This document shows, piece by piece, positions 18,846-28,529 of a DNA stretch of 64,000 bases (position 1 is its first letter; each line of letters begins with the position of its first letter). The notes beneath the pieces are model-generated. The model saw only the letters and a program-made list of their open reading frames with translations, was not told the DNA's origin and made no database searches. The position numbers and the translations under genes are program-made. Source of the stretch: an uncultured virus (IMG/VR IMGVR_UViG_3300040735_000039) (Duplodnaviria > Heunggongvirae > Uroviricota > Caudoviricetes); the IMG/VR virus record IMGVR_UViG_3300040735_000039. One strand, written 5' to 3'.

Positions 18846-19098
18846 TCGTACAATTTTGGTTTTTCAATAAAATAGTAGATGTGAGCTGGTGCTCATACCC
18901 GCAATTACTGCACCGATTGATCTCCGGTGGCTCAACAGCAGTTGACGGGATAACTGAATAACAACAGTTGCCTTTTGAGCGGGAAGCTGCAGACCCGAAC
19001 GGAGAAAATCTCCGTCAGGACTGCGGTGGGTATCCTATTGCCTTTTTGCAGCTGACCATGACTTTTCCTCCGTTCCCAAAAAAAACGGAGGAAATATT

Positions 19099-19626
19099 AT
19101 GAACAGCAATGAAAAGCAGCGCAAAATCTACATCCGCAGCACCAAAACATGGGTGCCGGTAACGGAAGAAGTCTACCGCGAATACTACCGTCCAATCTGG
19201 CGCTTACAAAAGGAAGCGCAGAAAAACGGTCAGTGTATGTGTCCCAAGTCCAAGCTGTGGGTATGCGACGGTGACTGCGCCACCTGCGAATACCGCGCAG
19301 CCGGAAATACCATCTCTCTCGACGCACCGATGGAAAACGGTGACGGCGATGAGTTTAGCCTCAAGGATGCGCTTGAGGACCCGACCGCCTGCTTTGCCGA
19401 TGTCCTTGTGGACAGGCTTCTGCTGGAGCAGCTTCTCGATGAGCTGGCGGAGCGCGACCCTGAAGGCAAGCGCATCTGCGAGCTTATTATGGAGGGCAGC
19501 TCAAAGGCAGAAATCGCGGATACCCTTCAGCGCGAGTTCGGCGGCGATTGGTACAAGTCCAAAGCTGTCTACCGCGAGAAGCAGGTGCTTGACCAGCTTC
19601 GCAAGCGCATCTTAGGCATCAAGTAA
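19099..19626 (+). CDS. Phage sigma-70 region-4/ECF-like transcription factor with a Cys cluster
   Basis: CMC...CDGDCATC, ISLDAP, C-terminal HTH GSSKAEIADTL. Confidence 0.72.
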   Translation: MNSNEKQRKIYIRSTKTWVPVTEEVYREYYRPIWRLQKEAQKNGQCMCPKSKLWVCDGDCATCEYRAAGNTISLDAPMENGDGDEFSLKDALEDPTACFADVLVDRLLLEQLLDELAERDPEGKRICELIMEGSSKAEIADTLQREFGGDWYKSKAVYREKQVLDQLRKRILGIK

Positions 19627-19633
19627 TCACATG

Positions 19634-19680
19634 GTTTTGCCCTCTGTCAAAGAGATTTTGCAGAGGGCAAAATTATTTTT
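19634..19680 (+). terminator. Intrinsic terminator
   Basis: TTTTGCCCTCTG...CAGAGGGCAAAA followed by a T-rich tract. Confidence 0.75.
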
Positions 19681-19686
19681 CTGTTT

Positions 19687-19730
19687 TTTTGTACGATGAG
19701 CTTCTTTTTTTCCAGTGGGTAATGAGGACA
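19687..19730 (+). promoter_or_regulatory. Class-1 phage promoter-like motif, copy 1 (TTTGTACG-N16-CCAGTGGGTA)
   Basis: Same boxes and spacing at 24079-24120 and 54057-54100. Confidence 0.75.
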
Positions 19731-19768
19731 GGAAAAAACGATAAGTCCTCAGATTGGAGGAAGCCCAA

Positions 19769-19978
19769 ATGAATGAGACAAGACAGGTATCCGACACGGA
19801 CGAGGAATTGATTGACATCTTAACCGCAATTTCCGTTGTGTCCAAGCGTCTGGCGAGAAACCTCACTATTCTCGCCGCAGAAAGTAAATCTAAGGAAGGA
19901 GCGAAAACGAATGAGCGAGATGTCCGCGACCATCGAAGAACTGCGCAGGTCTGCTGCTGCTATCAGCGACGCGGCTGA
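19769..19978 (+). CDS. Phage hypothetical protein
   Basis: RBS GGAGG; MNETRQVSDTDEELIDILTAISVVSKRLA. Confidence 0.65.
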   Translation: MNETRQVSDTDEELIDILTAISVVSKRLARNLTILAAESKSKEGAKTNERDVRDHRRTAQVCCCYQRRG

Positions 19979-20210
19979 TTGGCTGGCAGAGCAATTCAGC
20001 GGCGATGAACCTGCGCCTGAAGCACCTGCTGAACCCGTTCTCACACTGGAAGCGGTCAGAGCTGTCCTTGCGGACAAGTCCCGTGCGGGCTACACCGCTC
20101 CGATTCGTTCTCTGCTCCAGAAGTACGGTGCCAACAAGCTGTCCGGTATTGACCCGGCAAACTACAAGGCGCTGCTTGAGGATGTGGAGGGACTAAACCA
20201 TGCCACCTAA
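19911..20210 (+). CDS. Conserved small phage replication-module protein
   Basis: MSEMSATIEELRR...LTLEAVRAVLADKSRAG...LLQKYGANKLS; usual neighbour of DUF2800. Confidence 0.8.
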   Translation: MSEMSATIEELRRSAAAISDAADWLAEQFSGDEPAPEAPAEPVLTLEAVRAVLADKSRAGYTAPIRSLLQKYGANKLSGIDPANYKALLEDVEGLNHAT

Positions 20211-21339
20211 AGGACACGCCATTCTCTCCGCATCAAGCTCTGACCGCTGGCTGCATTGCCCGCCTTCTGCTCGGCTCTGCGAGAGCTACGACGACAAAGG
20301 CAGTGACTATGCCGCCGAGGGCACCGACGCCCACGCGCTCTGTGAGTACAAGCTCCGCCGGGCGCTGGGCATGGAGGCTGCTGACCCGGCCGAGAACCTG
20401 ACGTGGTTCAACGAGGAAATGTCTGACTGTGCCAATGGTTACGCCGCCTATGTACTCGAACAGGTGGAGGCGGCGAAGCAGACCTGCACTGATCCCGTTG
20501 TTCTCATCGAGCAGCGGGTGGACTTCTCCCGCTGGGTAGAGTCCGGCTTCGGCACCGCCGACTGCATCATCATCGCAGACGGTACACTGCAGGTCATTGA
20601 CTATAAGCACGGCCTCGGCGTTCTGGTCGATGCAACCGAAAACCCGCAAATGCAGTGCTACGCGCTCGGTGCGCTGGAACTGTTCGACGGCATCTACGAC
20701 ATCGACTCGGTGCGCATGACCATCTACCAGCCACGCCGCGACAACGTCAGCACCTACGGGCTATCAAAGGATGAGCTTTTCCGCTGGGCAGACGAGGTGC
20801 TCAAGCCCACAGCCGACCTTGCTTTTGCCGGTGACGGAAACTTCCTCTGCGGCGAATGGTGCGGCTTCTGCAAGGCAAAGCACGACTGCCGCGCCAGAGC
20901 CGATGCCAATATGGCGCTTGCCCGCTACGACTTCAAACTGCCACCCCTGCTCGCCGATGAGGAGGTCGAAGAAATCCTCACCCGCGTGGACGACCTCGTT
21001 GCATGGGCATCGGATATCAAGGATTACGCGCTGCAGCAGGCGATCAGCGGCAAGGAGTGGCATGGCTACAAGCTGGTTGAAGGCCGTTCCAACCGCAAAT
21101 ACACAAACGATGCCCTTGTTGCCGCTGCTGTTGAACGCATAGGCATCGACCCCTATGAGCGCAAGCTGCTGGGCGTCACCGCCATGCAGAAGCTGCTCGG
21201 AAAATCTCGCTTTGACGAAATTCTCGCGGCGTACATCGAAAAGCCGCAGGGCAAACCCACGCTCGTGCCGGAGAGCGATAAGCGTCCGGCAATGAACACA
21301 GCCCAAAATGATTTTATGGAGGAAAACGATTATGAATAA
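20200..21339 (+). CDS. DUF2800 family Cas4-like PD-(D/E)xK nuclease
   Basis: HAILSASSSDRWLHCPPS, FGTADC, IDYKHG, WCGFCKAKHDC. Confidence 0.9.
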   Translation: MPPKGHAILSASSSDRWLHCPPSARLCESYDDKGSDYAAEGTDAHALCEYKLRRALGMEAADPAENLTWFNEEMSDCANGYAAYVLEQVEAAKQTCTDPVVLIEQRVDFSRWVESGFGTADCIIIADGTLQVIDYKHGLGVLVDATENPQMQCYALGALELFDGIYDIDSVRMTIYQPRRDNVSTYGLSKDELFRWADEVLKPTADLAFAGDGNFLCGEWCGFCKAKHDCRARADANMALARYDFKLPPLLADEEVEEILTRVDDLVAWASDIKDYALQQAISGKEWHGYKLVEGRSNRKYTNDALVAAAVERIGIDPYERKLLGVTAMQKLLGKSRFDEILAAYIEKPQGKPTLVPESDKRPAMNTAQNDFMEENDYE

Positions 21340-21907
21340 CAGCACAAATAAGGTAAACAACCCGATGAAGGTCATCACTGGTCCCGACACCCGCTGGTCT
21401 TACGCCAACGTCTGGGAGGCCAAGTCCATCAACGGCGGCACGCCGAAGTTCTCGGTCAGCCTCATCATTCCGAAGGCCGACACCAAGACGGTCGCAAAGG
21501 TAAAGGCAGCGATTGAAGCCGCCTATCACGAGGGCGAATCCAAGCTCAAGGGCAATGGCAAGTCCGTGCCTCCGATGGCGGCACTCAAAACGCCCCTGCG
21601 TGACGGTGATACGGAACGCCCCGATGACGAGGCTTACGCGAACGCTTACTTCATCAACGCCAACGCGACCACCGCTCCCGGCATCGTAGATGCCGATCGC
21701 AATCCCGTCCTGACCCGCTCTGAGGTTTACTCCGGCGTGTACGGTCGCGCCAGCATCAGCTTCTATGCCTTCAACAGCAACGGTAACAAGGGTATCGCCT
21801 GTGGCCTCAACAATCTGCAGAAGCTCCGCGACGGTGAGCCTCTCGGCGGCAAGGCGTCTGCTGAGTCAGACTTCGCCACCGACGATGACGACGAGTTCTT
21901 GAACTGA
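21332..21907 (+). CDS. DUF2815 family ssDNA-binding protein
   Basis: RWSYANVWE, EVYSGVYGR, GLNNLQKLRDGEPLGG, acidic tail DDDDEFLN. Confidence 0.9.
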   Translation: MNNSTNKVNNPMKVITGPDTRWSYANVWEAKSINGGTPKFSVSLIIPKADTKTVAKVKAAIEAAYHEGESKLKGNGKSVPPMAALKTPLRDGDTERPDDEAYANAYFINANATTAPGIVDADRNPVLTRSEVYSGVYGRASISFYAFNSNGNKGIACGLNNLQKLRDGEPLGGKASAESDFATDDDDEFLN

Positions 21908-21919
21908 TGGGGTGCGGAT

Positions 21920-22069
21920 ATGACACATATTGAATCAATGATGCTTGCAGTCTGCTTCGGTGCCGTGGTTGGTACCCTTGTTGGGAATCTGTTTACAATC
22001 GTAAAGTTTGCGATTGACGAACACCGTGAGAAAATGCGCCATCGCAAAGAAAACGGTGAAAAGCAGTAA
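21920..22069 (+). CDS. Small putative membrane protein (49 aa)
   Basis: Hand translation MTHIESMMLAVCFGAVVGTLVGNLFTIVKFAIDEHREKMRHRKENGEKQ; below the ORF-track length cut-off. Confidence 0.6.
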   Translation: MTHIESMMLAVCFGAVVGTLVGNLFTIVKFAIDEHREKMRHRKENGEKQ

Positions 22070-22132
22070 GTATATCAGGGACAGGCGGCAGAGATTTCTT
22101 TGCCGCCTTGTTCCCATTAAGGACGGTTGATT

Positions 22133-24073
22133 ATGAAAACACTCAGCATAGATATTGAGACTTTTTCCAGTGTGAGCCTTCCCAAGTCTGGCGTGTACCG
22201 CTATGTCGAAGCGCCGGATTTTGAAATATTGCTCTTTGGCTACTCCGTGGACGGCGGTGCTGTGCAGGTGGTTGACATTGCCTGCGGCGAGAAGCTGCCC
22301 GCCGACATCATTGCAGCGCTCACCGATGAAGCGGTGACCAAGTGGGCGTTCAACGCCAGCTTCGAGAGAATCTGCCTCTCCCGTTTTATCGGACTGCCGA
22401 CCGGCGAGTATATCGACCCTGCCTCTTGGCGGTGCTCCATGGTCTGGGCGGCGACGATGGGTTTGCCACTTTCGCTGGAGGGCGTGGGTGCGGTTCTTAA
22501 GCTGGATAAGCAGAAGCTGACTGAGGGAAAAGACCTCATCAAATACTTCTGCCAGCCCTGTACCCCGACAAAAACCAATGGTGAACGCACCCGCAATTAT
22601 CCATATCATGCGCCGGACAAGTGGTCAGCGTTCAAAAAATACAACGTGCGTGATGTGGAAACAGAAATGTCCATACAGGCACGGCTCATGAAGTTTCCAA
22701 TGCCGGAGTCCGTATGGGATGAATACCACCTCGACCAAGAAATAAACGATAGAGGCGTGGCACTGGATATGACGCTCGTGAAGGAAGCTATCGCCATTGA
22801 TGGGCGCTCCCACTCTGAGCTTACAGCGGCAATGAAACAGCTCACAGAACTGGACAATCCAAACTCGGTGCAGCAGATGAAACAGTGGCTTGCCGACAAC
22901 GGTCTGGAAACGGATACGCTCGGCAAAAAAGCCGTTGCGGAACTGCTCAAAACAGCGCCGCCGGAGCTTGCAGATGTGCTTGCACTCCGGCAGCAGCTCG
23001 CGAAATCGTCGGTGAAAAAGTATCAGGCGATGGAGAACGCTGTCTGCGCCGATGGTCGCGCCCGTGGAATGTTTCAGTTCTATGGGGCAAACCGCACTGG
23101 GCGCTGGGCCGGTCGGCTGATCCAGATGCAAAACCTGCCCCAGAACCATCTGGAGGATTTGGCTGAAGCACGCGCTCTTGTACGCGGCGGTGACTTTGAC
23201 GCTCTGGAAATGCTCTACGAGGATGTGCCGGACACGCTCTCCCAGCTTATCCGCACAGCCTTCGTGCCAAAAGCCGGTGCGAAATTCATCGTAAGCGACT
23301 TCAGTGCCATCGAAGCTCGCGTCATTGCATGGCTTGCCGGTGAGGACTGGCGCACCGGGGTATTCAAGCATGGTGGCGACATTTACTGTGCCTCCGCATC
23401 GCAGATGTTCAAGGTGCCGGTCGAGAAACACGGCATCAATGGTCACCTGCGTCAAAAGGGAAAAATCGCAGAGTTGGCACTCGGCTATGGCGGCTCCGTG
23501 GGTGCGCTCAAGGCAATGGGCGCTCTTGATATGGGGCTCACTGAGGAGGAACTTCAACCGCTGGTCACTGCGTGGCGACAGGCAAATCCGCATATTGTGC
23601 AGTTCTGGTGGGACGTTGACCGCGCTGCTATGGAGGCAGTGCGGGATAAACGCATCAGCGTCACCCACGGTATTAAGTTTTACTGCCAGAGTGGGATGCT
23701 GTTTATCGTGCTCCCGTCCGGCAGACAGCTCGCCTATGTAAAGCCTCGTATCGGCGAGAATCAGTTCGGCGGGCATTGCATTACCTACGAGGGTGTCGGC
23801 GGCACAAAGAAATGGGAGAGGCTCGATTCCTACGGTCCGAAATTTGTCGAGAACATTGTTCAGGCAACCGCCCGCGATATCCTTTGCTACTCCATGCAGA
23901 CGCTATGCTGCTGCTCCATCGTTATGCATATACACGACGAGCTCGTCATCGAGGCCGACAGGCGTATGTCGCTTGACGCGGTTTGTGAGCAAATGGGCAG
24001 GACGCCGCCGTGGGCGAAGGGCCTGTTGCTCCGTGCTGACGGTTATGAGACGGATTTTTACAAAAAAGATTAG
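22133..24073 (+). CDS. Phage family-A DNA polymerase
   Basis: IDIET exonuclease motif, RTGRWAG, SDFSAIEAR, RQKGKIAELALGYG, HIHDE. Confidence 0.95.
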   Translation: MKTLSIDIETFSSVSLPKSGVYRYVEAPDFEILLFGYSVDGGAVQVVDIACGEKLPADIIAALTDEAVTKWAFNASFERICLSRFIGLPTGEYIDPASWRCSMVWAATMGLPLSLEGVGAVLKLDKQKLTEGKDLIKYFCQPCTPTKTNGERTRNYPYHAPDKWSAFKKYNVRDVETEMSIQARLMKFPMPESVWDEYHLDQEINDRGVALDMTLVKEAIAIDGRSHSELTAAMKQLTELDNPNSVQQMKQWLADNGLETDTLGKKAVAELLKTAPPELADVLALRQQLAKSSVKKYQAMENAVCADGRARGMFQFYGANRTGRWAGRLIQMQNLPQNHLEDLAEARALVRGGDFDALEMLYEDVPDTLSQLIRTAFVPKAGAKFIVSDFSAIEARVIAWLAGEDWRTGVFKHGGDIYCASASQMFKVPVEKHGINGHLRQKGKIAELALGYGGSVGALKAMGALDMGLTEEELQPLVTAWRQANPHIVQFWWDVDRAAMEAVRDKRISVTHGIKFYCQSGMLFIVLPSGRQLAYVKPRIGENQFGGHCITYEGVGGTKKWERLDSYGPKFVENIVQATARDILCYSMQTLCCCSIVMHIHDELVIEADRRMSLDAVCEQMGRTPPWAKGLLLRADGYETDFYKKD

Positions 24074-24078
24074 AGAAT

Positions 24079-24120
24079 TTTTGTACGACAGGGCTTCTTT
24101 TTTCCAGTGGGTAGTAGAGA
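24079..24120 (+). promoter_or_regulatory. Class-1 phage promoter-like motif, copy 2
   Basis: TTTGTACGacagggcttcttttttCCAGTGGGTAgt. Confidence 0.75.
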
Positions 24121-24154
24121 CGGACAAGAAGCACGTCGTGAAAGGAGTGTTCCC

Positions 24155-24580
24155 ATGAGTATCAACAAATTCAACAGCGAGGGCTATTACGACCCTACCG
24201 CCTATGAAGCTATGACAATGATTGAAAAAGAGGAACGTGCGCTTCGCGCTTTCCGACCTATCGTGTATATCTGCTCACCGTTTTCAGGTGACGTGGATGG
24301 CAACGTGAAAGCCGCGCAGAGGTACAGCCGCTACGCCGTGGACAAGGGCTATATCCCCATTGCACCGCATCTGCTTTTTCCTCAGTTTCTGGATGACAAC
24401 AATCCGAAGGAGCGCGAGCTGGGGCTATTTTTCGGAAATGCCCTGATGAGCAAGTGCTCGGAGGTCTGGGTATTCGGCTGCAACATCTCATCCGGCATGG
24501 AAGCCGAAATCAAGCGGGCAAAGTGGAAAAGCTACCGCCTGCGATACTTTACCGAAGAATGTGAGGAGGTAACAGAATGA
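24155..24580 (+). CDS. DUF4406-like protein (nucleoside deoxyribosyltransferase-like fold)
   Basis: VYICSPFSGD, PIAPHLLFPQFL, CSEVWVFG..ISSGMEAEI. Confidence 0.8.
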   Translation: MSINKFNSEGYYDPTAYEAMTMIEKEERALRAFRPIVYICSPFSGDVDGNVKAAQRYSRYAVDKGYIPIAPHLLFPQFLDDNNPKERELGLFFGNALMSKCSEVWVFGCNISSGMEAEIKRAKWKSYRLRYFTEECEEVTE

Positions 24581-25701
24581 ACAGCACTTATAACAGGCAG
24601 GAAGTTCAGGAATGCTTGATTGTCAATATGGCGCAAGTCCTGTCCAGAGAAGAATATGCAAAATTCAAATCCGCTTTAGAGGAAATGACAGATGAGGACT
24701 TCTGGCAGTTTGTTGCAGAGGGTCTCGCTACCGCTCCTAAGGGTGTGGGTTATAAGGAGCAAGCAAAACTGGTCAATGAAATCAGAAGCATTAACGGAAT
24801 AACTCCTAAAAATTCAGCTATGAACGACGTGAAGCTACAGGTGGTGTCAGAAGAAATGAGCCGACAGGTGTGGAACCGTATAATCGCATCACGCCCCAGC
24901 GATGTAATAAAGCTGACTGGCGATGAAGATAGTCGGCTTATTCACTTGTGGGAAAAGAGCACCGAAAACGTCTCTATCCCATCTGACCTCTTTTTTGCAG
25001 GTACGATTCCGCTTTTGGATTGCAGAATCGTTATCGACGAAACCGAATGCTGTAGTAACGGCAAGGTCGTGTCCTACAGAGTAGTCATTTTCTCAGACTA
25101 TGCAGAACGGCTTCGTTTGGCTGAGATTGACGAGCCGGTTACAGTTGGCGCTATCGTCAACGACCCTATCAACGGTGCATATTCTTTTATTCCTTTTCAT
25201 GTGGTAAAAGGCGTAGACAGTATCCTGTTCAGTGGGATGGCTTATCATGGCTTGCCCGAAAAATACATTCAGCAGGCCAAGGAAACTGTAACTATGCAGC
25301 AGGTAACGCAAATGGCCATAGCCTTTTTGGAAACGTGGTACGGAATTCAGATTGCTCTCCTGCACCCGACCATGCGTGAGGTGTTTCGCCACCCAAGAAC
25401 AGCGCCGGACACTACTGATGTACCCACGCGGACAGGCAAACGTAAGAATCGCGTAAAGTACATCAAGGTGCACGTTATCAACAGTGATGAAATGAACGCT
25501 GCTATGTATGGCGAGTCCAAGACCTTCACCCGCCATGCCCTTGTTTGGTACGTTATAGGACATTGGCGTAATTTTGCCGACGGAAGAAAAGTCTTTGTGA
25601 AGCCCTTCTGGAAAGGGCCGCTCCGCGAACTTAAAGAAAAAATTGATATGAGAGAACGAGAAATAGTTCAGGCTACAGGAGGTGTCTGCAATGCTGGTTA
25701 A
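24577..25701 (+). CDS. Hypothetical protein inserted in the replication module
   Basis: 374-aa ORF overlapping both neighbours; C-terminal WYVIGHWR...FVKPFWKGP. Confidence 0.8.
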   Translation: MNSTYNRQEVQECLIVNMAQVLSREEYAKFKSALEEMTDEDFWQFVAEGLATAPKGVGYKEQAKLVNEIRSINGITPKNSAMNDVKLQVVSEEMSRQVWNRIIASRPSDVIKLTGDEDSRLIHLWEKSTENVSIPSDLFFAGTIPLLDCRIVIDETECCSNGKVVSYRVVIFSDYAERLRLAEIDEPVTVGAIVNDPINGAYSFIPFHVVKGVDSILFSGMAYHGLPEKYIQQAKETVTMQQVTQMAIAFLETWYGIQIALLHPTMREVFRHPRTAPDTTDVPTRTGKRKNRVKYIKVHVINSDEMNAAMYGESKTFTRHALVWYVIGHWRNFADGRKVFVKPFWKGPLRELKEKIDMREREIVQATGGVCNAG

Positions 25702-28030
25702 AATATCTGTCTGCAATCGCAGGACGGACAAGAAATATAAGAACAAGGAGCTGGAATGGGCATATATCACCGACCGTAACCGTAATCCCATCCGCACCTC
25801 TGAAACGGCGGAGGAATACCCGAAGCTGTCAAAAGCACAGCGCGGTGAGCTCAAGGACATCGGCGGTCTGGTCGGCGGCTGGCTGAAGGACGGAATCCGC
25901 AAAAACGGGAACGTGACCTTTCGCACATTGGGCTTGCTCGACGCAGACATTGTACCCGCCGATGCGGATTTCCAAAACATCGTCCGCACGGCACTCGACG
26001 GCGTTACCTATTTTCTCTATTCCACACATAGCCACACACCCGAAACGCCACGATACCGCATCGTTATTCTTTTTGACAGAGAGGTTAGTGAGGACGAGTA
26101 TCCCGCTGTGATGCGAATGGTCGCAAAGCAAATCGGCATGGACTATTTTGACGATTCCACCTATGAAGCCAATCGCATGATGTATTGGGCTTCCTGCCCG
26201 TCGAACGGCGAGTTCGTTTTCGATGAGCAATCCGGCGACCCGCTCAAGGTGGATAAGTATCTCGGTATGTACGCCGATTGGCGCGATGTTTCTCAATGGC
26301 CTACCTCCTCACGACAGTCGGAAGCGGTGAAACGTGAGGTGGCAAAGCAGGAAGACCCGCTATCGAAGCGAGGTGTGGTCGGCGCGTTCTGTCGTGCCTA
26401 CTCAATTACATCGGCAATCGAGAAGTTTCTGCCGGAGGTTTATTCGCCCTCGGTTATAGAAAGCCGTTACGATTATATCCTCGGTGAGGGCACTGCCGGT
26501 GTCGTTGTTTACGATGACAAGTTCACCTACAGCCATCATGCGACAGACCCTGCTTGCGGAAAGTTACTAAACGCCTTTGACCTCGTGCGCATACACAAAT
26601 TCGGTGGCGACGACGAGAAAAAGTCCTTTGCCGCTATGACGAATTTTGCAATTAAGGATGATGCTGTGAAATCGCAGCTTGCGACGGAGCGCATGGAACA
26701 GGCAAACGCCGACTTCTCCGATTCCGATTGGCAGAAGGCTCTGGTGCTGGACAAACAGGGACACGTCAAGGATACACTCGACAATCTGGTAATTATCCTG
26801 CGCCATGATGAGGCCCTGCAGCACATCGCGTTCAACTGTCACCGTGACGGCATCGACGCAAAGGGCGGTCTGCCGTGGGAGCAGCTTAAGGACGGATGGA
26901 ACGACTCCGACAACGCTGCCCTCAAGGTGTATCTGTCAAATATCTACGGCGTCTATTCTCCTACCAAGACGAAGGATGCTGTGTTGGCGGTCGCCGCTGA
27001 AAAGGCATATCACCCCATAAAGGAATATCTGGAGACGCTGCCGGATTGGGATGGCACTCCCCGCGTGGAGACACTGTTCATTAATTACTTCGGCGCGGCG
27101 GACACTACTTACACAAGAGCAGTCAGTCGCAAATCTATGGTGGCGGCGGTCGCTCGAATCTATCAGCCAGGCACAAAGTTTGACAGTGTTCCAATATTGA
27201 ATGGACCTCAGGGCATCGGAAAATCGACCTTCTTTGCAAAGCTGGCTGGCGAGTGGTTTTCGGACAGCTTGACTCTTACGGATATGCGCGACAAGGCAGG
27301 ACCCGAAAAGCTGCAGGGCTATTGGATACTGGAGCTGGGCGAACTTGCCGGAATGCGTAAGGCGGATGTCGAAACGGTGAAGTCTTTCATCTCCCGTGTG
27401 GACGATAAGTATCGCGCCAGTTACGGAGTGAGCGTGGAAAGCCATCCGAGGCAGTGTGTCATTGTCGGATCGACAAATGCGGAATCCGGCTTCCTGCGAG
27501 ACATCACCGGCAACCGCCGCTTCTGGCCTATTCCAGTCAGCGGTAGCTCACGTAAAAAGGCATGGCAGATTACAAAGGACGAGGTTGCTCAGATATGGGC
27601 CGAAACACTCATGCTTTATCACCGTGGCGAAAAGCTCTATCTTGAAGGCGACGATGCGATTCAGGCAGTTGCGGAACAGGCGGATGCTATGGAGACAGAT
27701 GAGCGCGAAGGGCTGGTGCGGCAGTACCTTGATACCTTGCTGCCGGATAACTGGGACGAGCTCGACATTTTTGAGCGGCGCAACTTTTTGAACGGCACTG
27801 GCGTTGCTGATATCGGCAAACAAGGCACAGTACAGCGCAAGCTGGTTTGCAATCTGGAAATCTGGTGCGAGTGCTTCGGTAAAGACCCGTCAGCCCTAAA
27901 GAAGGTGGACTCCTATGAACTCGGCTCTATCATGCAAAAACTGGAGTCTTGGGAGAAGTACACTGGAACAAGACAAGGAACAAGCAACTTCACCCACTAC
28001 GGAAAACAACGAGCTTATTCCAGGAAGTAA
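25691..28030 (+). CDS. VapE-family primase/helicase
   Basis: YSTHSH primase-like N-terminus; NGPQGIGKST Walker A; FLRDITGNRRFWP. Confidence 0.9.
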   Translation: MLVKISVCNRRTDKKYKNKELEWAYITDRNRNPIRTSETAEEYPKLSKAQRGELKDIGGLVGGWLKDGIRKNGNVTFRTLGLLDADIVPADADFQNIVRTALDGVTYFLYSTHSHTPETPRYRIVILFDREVSEDEYPAVMRMVAKQIGMDYFDDSTYEANRMMYWASCPSNGEFVFDEQSGDPLKVDKYLGMYADWRDVSQWPTSSRQSEAVKREVAKQEDPLSKRGVVGAFCRAYSITSAIEKFLPEVYSPSVIESRYDYILGEGTAGVVVYDDKFTYSHHATDPACGKLLNAFDLVRIHKFGGDDEKKSFAAMTNFAIKDDAVKSQLATERMEQANADFSDSDWQKALVLDKQGHVKDTLDNLVIILRHDEALQHIAFNCHRDGIDAKGGLPWEQLKDGWNDSDNAALKVYLSNIYGVYSPTKTKDAVLAVAAEKAYHPIKEYLETLPDWDGTPRVETLFINYFGAADTTYTRAVSRKSMVAAVARIYQPGTKFDSVPILNGPQGIGKSTFFAKLAGEWFSDSLTLTDMRDKAGPEKLQGYWILELGELAGMRKADVETVKSFISRVDDKYRASYGVSVESHPRQCVIVGSTNAESGFLRDITGNRRFWPIPVSGSSRKKAWQITKDEVAQIWAETLMLYHRGEKLYLEGDDAIQAVAEQADAMETDEREGLVRQYLDTLLPDNWDELDIFERRNFLNGTGVADIGKQGTVQRKLVCNLEIWCECFGKDPSALKKVDSYELGSIMQKLESWEKYTGTRQGTSNFTHYGKQRAYSRK

Positions 28031-28236
28031 CGGAACGAGCGGACTTGTTCCCGCACTTGTTCCAGTGCTTGTTACGGCTTAATCCCTTATAGAATGGAGG
28101 TTTTCGGGCATTGCGGAACAAGAGAACAAAAATTTACCTATTGGTATCTATCATAAAAAAAGAGGTAGTAAAGGAACGCAAATATGGGTGCGTGCGCGTG
28201 TATAGGAAATGTTGTTCTTCTTGTTCCGCTTGTTCC
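27965..28236. repeat. Cluster of GGAACAAG/CTTGTTCC repeats (putative phage replication origin)
   Basis: Multiple direct and inverted GAACAA(G) copies at the end of and downstream of the VapE gene. Confidence 0.55.
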
Positions 28237-28247
28237 GGCAGATAAAT

Positions 28248-28529
28248 ATGAGAGAAAAAACGATAGAACACAAGTTGACAATCGCGGCAAAAAACATGGG
28301 AGGCATCGCGCTAAAGTTCGTAAGTCCGGGTTTTGACGGAATGCCTGACCGCATCGTACTTTTACCGGGCGGTCATATGGGCTTCGTGGAAGTAAAGTCA
28401 ATGGGCTGCAAGCCGCGACCGCTTCAATTGGCAAGACACCGGCTCCTGCGAGGACTTGGCTTCAAAGTATACTTGCTGGACAATGAACAGCAGATTGGAG
28501 GGATTCTTGATGAAATACGAGCCACATAA
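28248..28529 (+). CDS. VRR-NUC domain nuclease
   Basis: KFVSPGFDGMPDRIVL, FVEVK, RPLQ. Confidence 0.92.
   Translation: MREKTIEHKLTIAAKNMGGIALKFVSPGFDGMPDRIVLLPGGHMGFVEVKSMGCKPRPLQLARHRLLRGLGFKVYLLDNEQQIGGILDEIRAT

Noticed and set aside
18847..18880. Fourth copy of the class-1 promoter motif
   Set aside because: Only GTAC and a T-rich spacer match; the CCAGTGGGTA box is absent
20200..21339. Cas4-like gene as evidence of CRISPR-Cas
   Set aside because: It sits in the standard DUF2800-DUF2815-PolA phage replication module
22625..23776. Long antisense ORFs (also 25093-25989, 35522-36481, 49873-50652 and others)
   Set aside because: Shadows of well-supported genes on the other strand with no recognisable motifs
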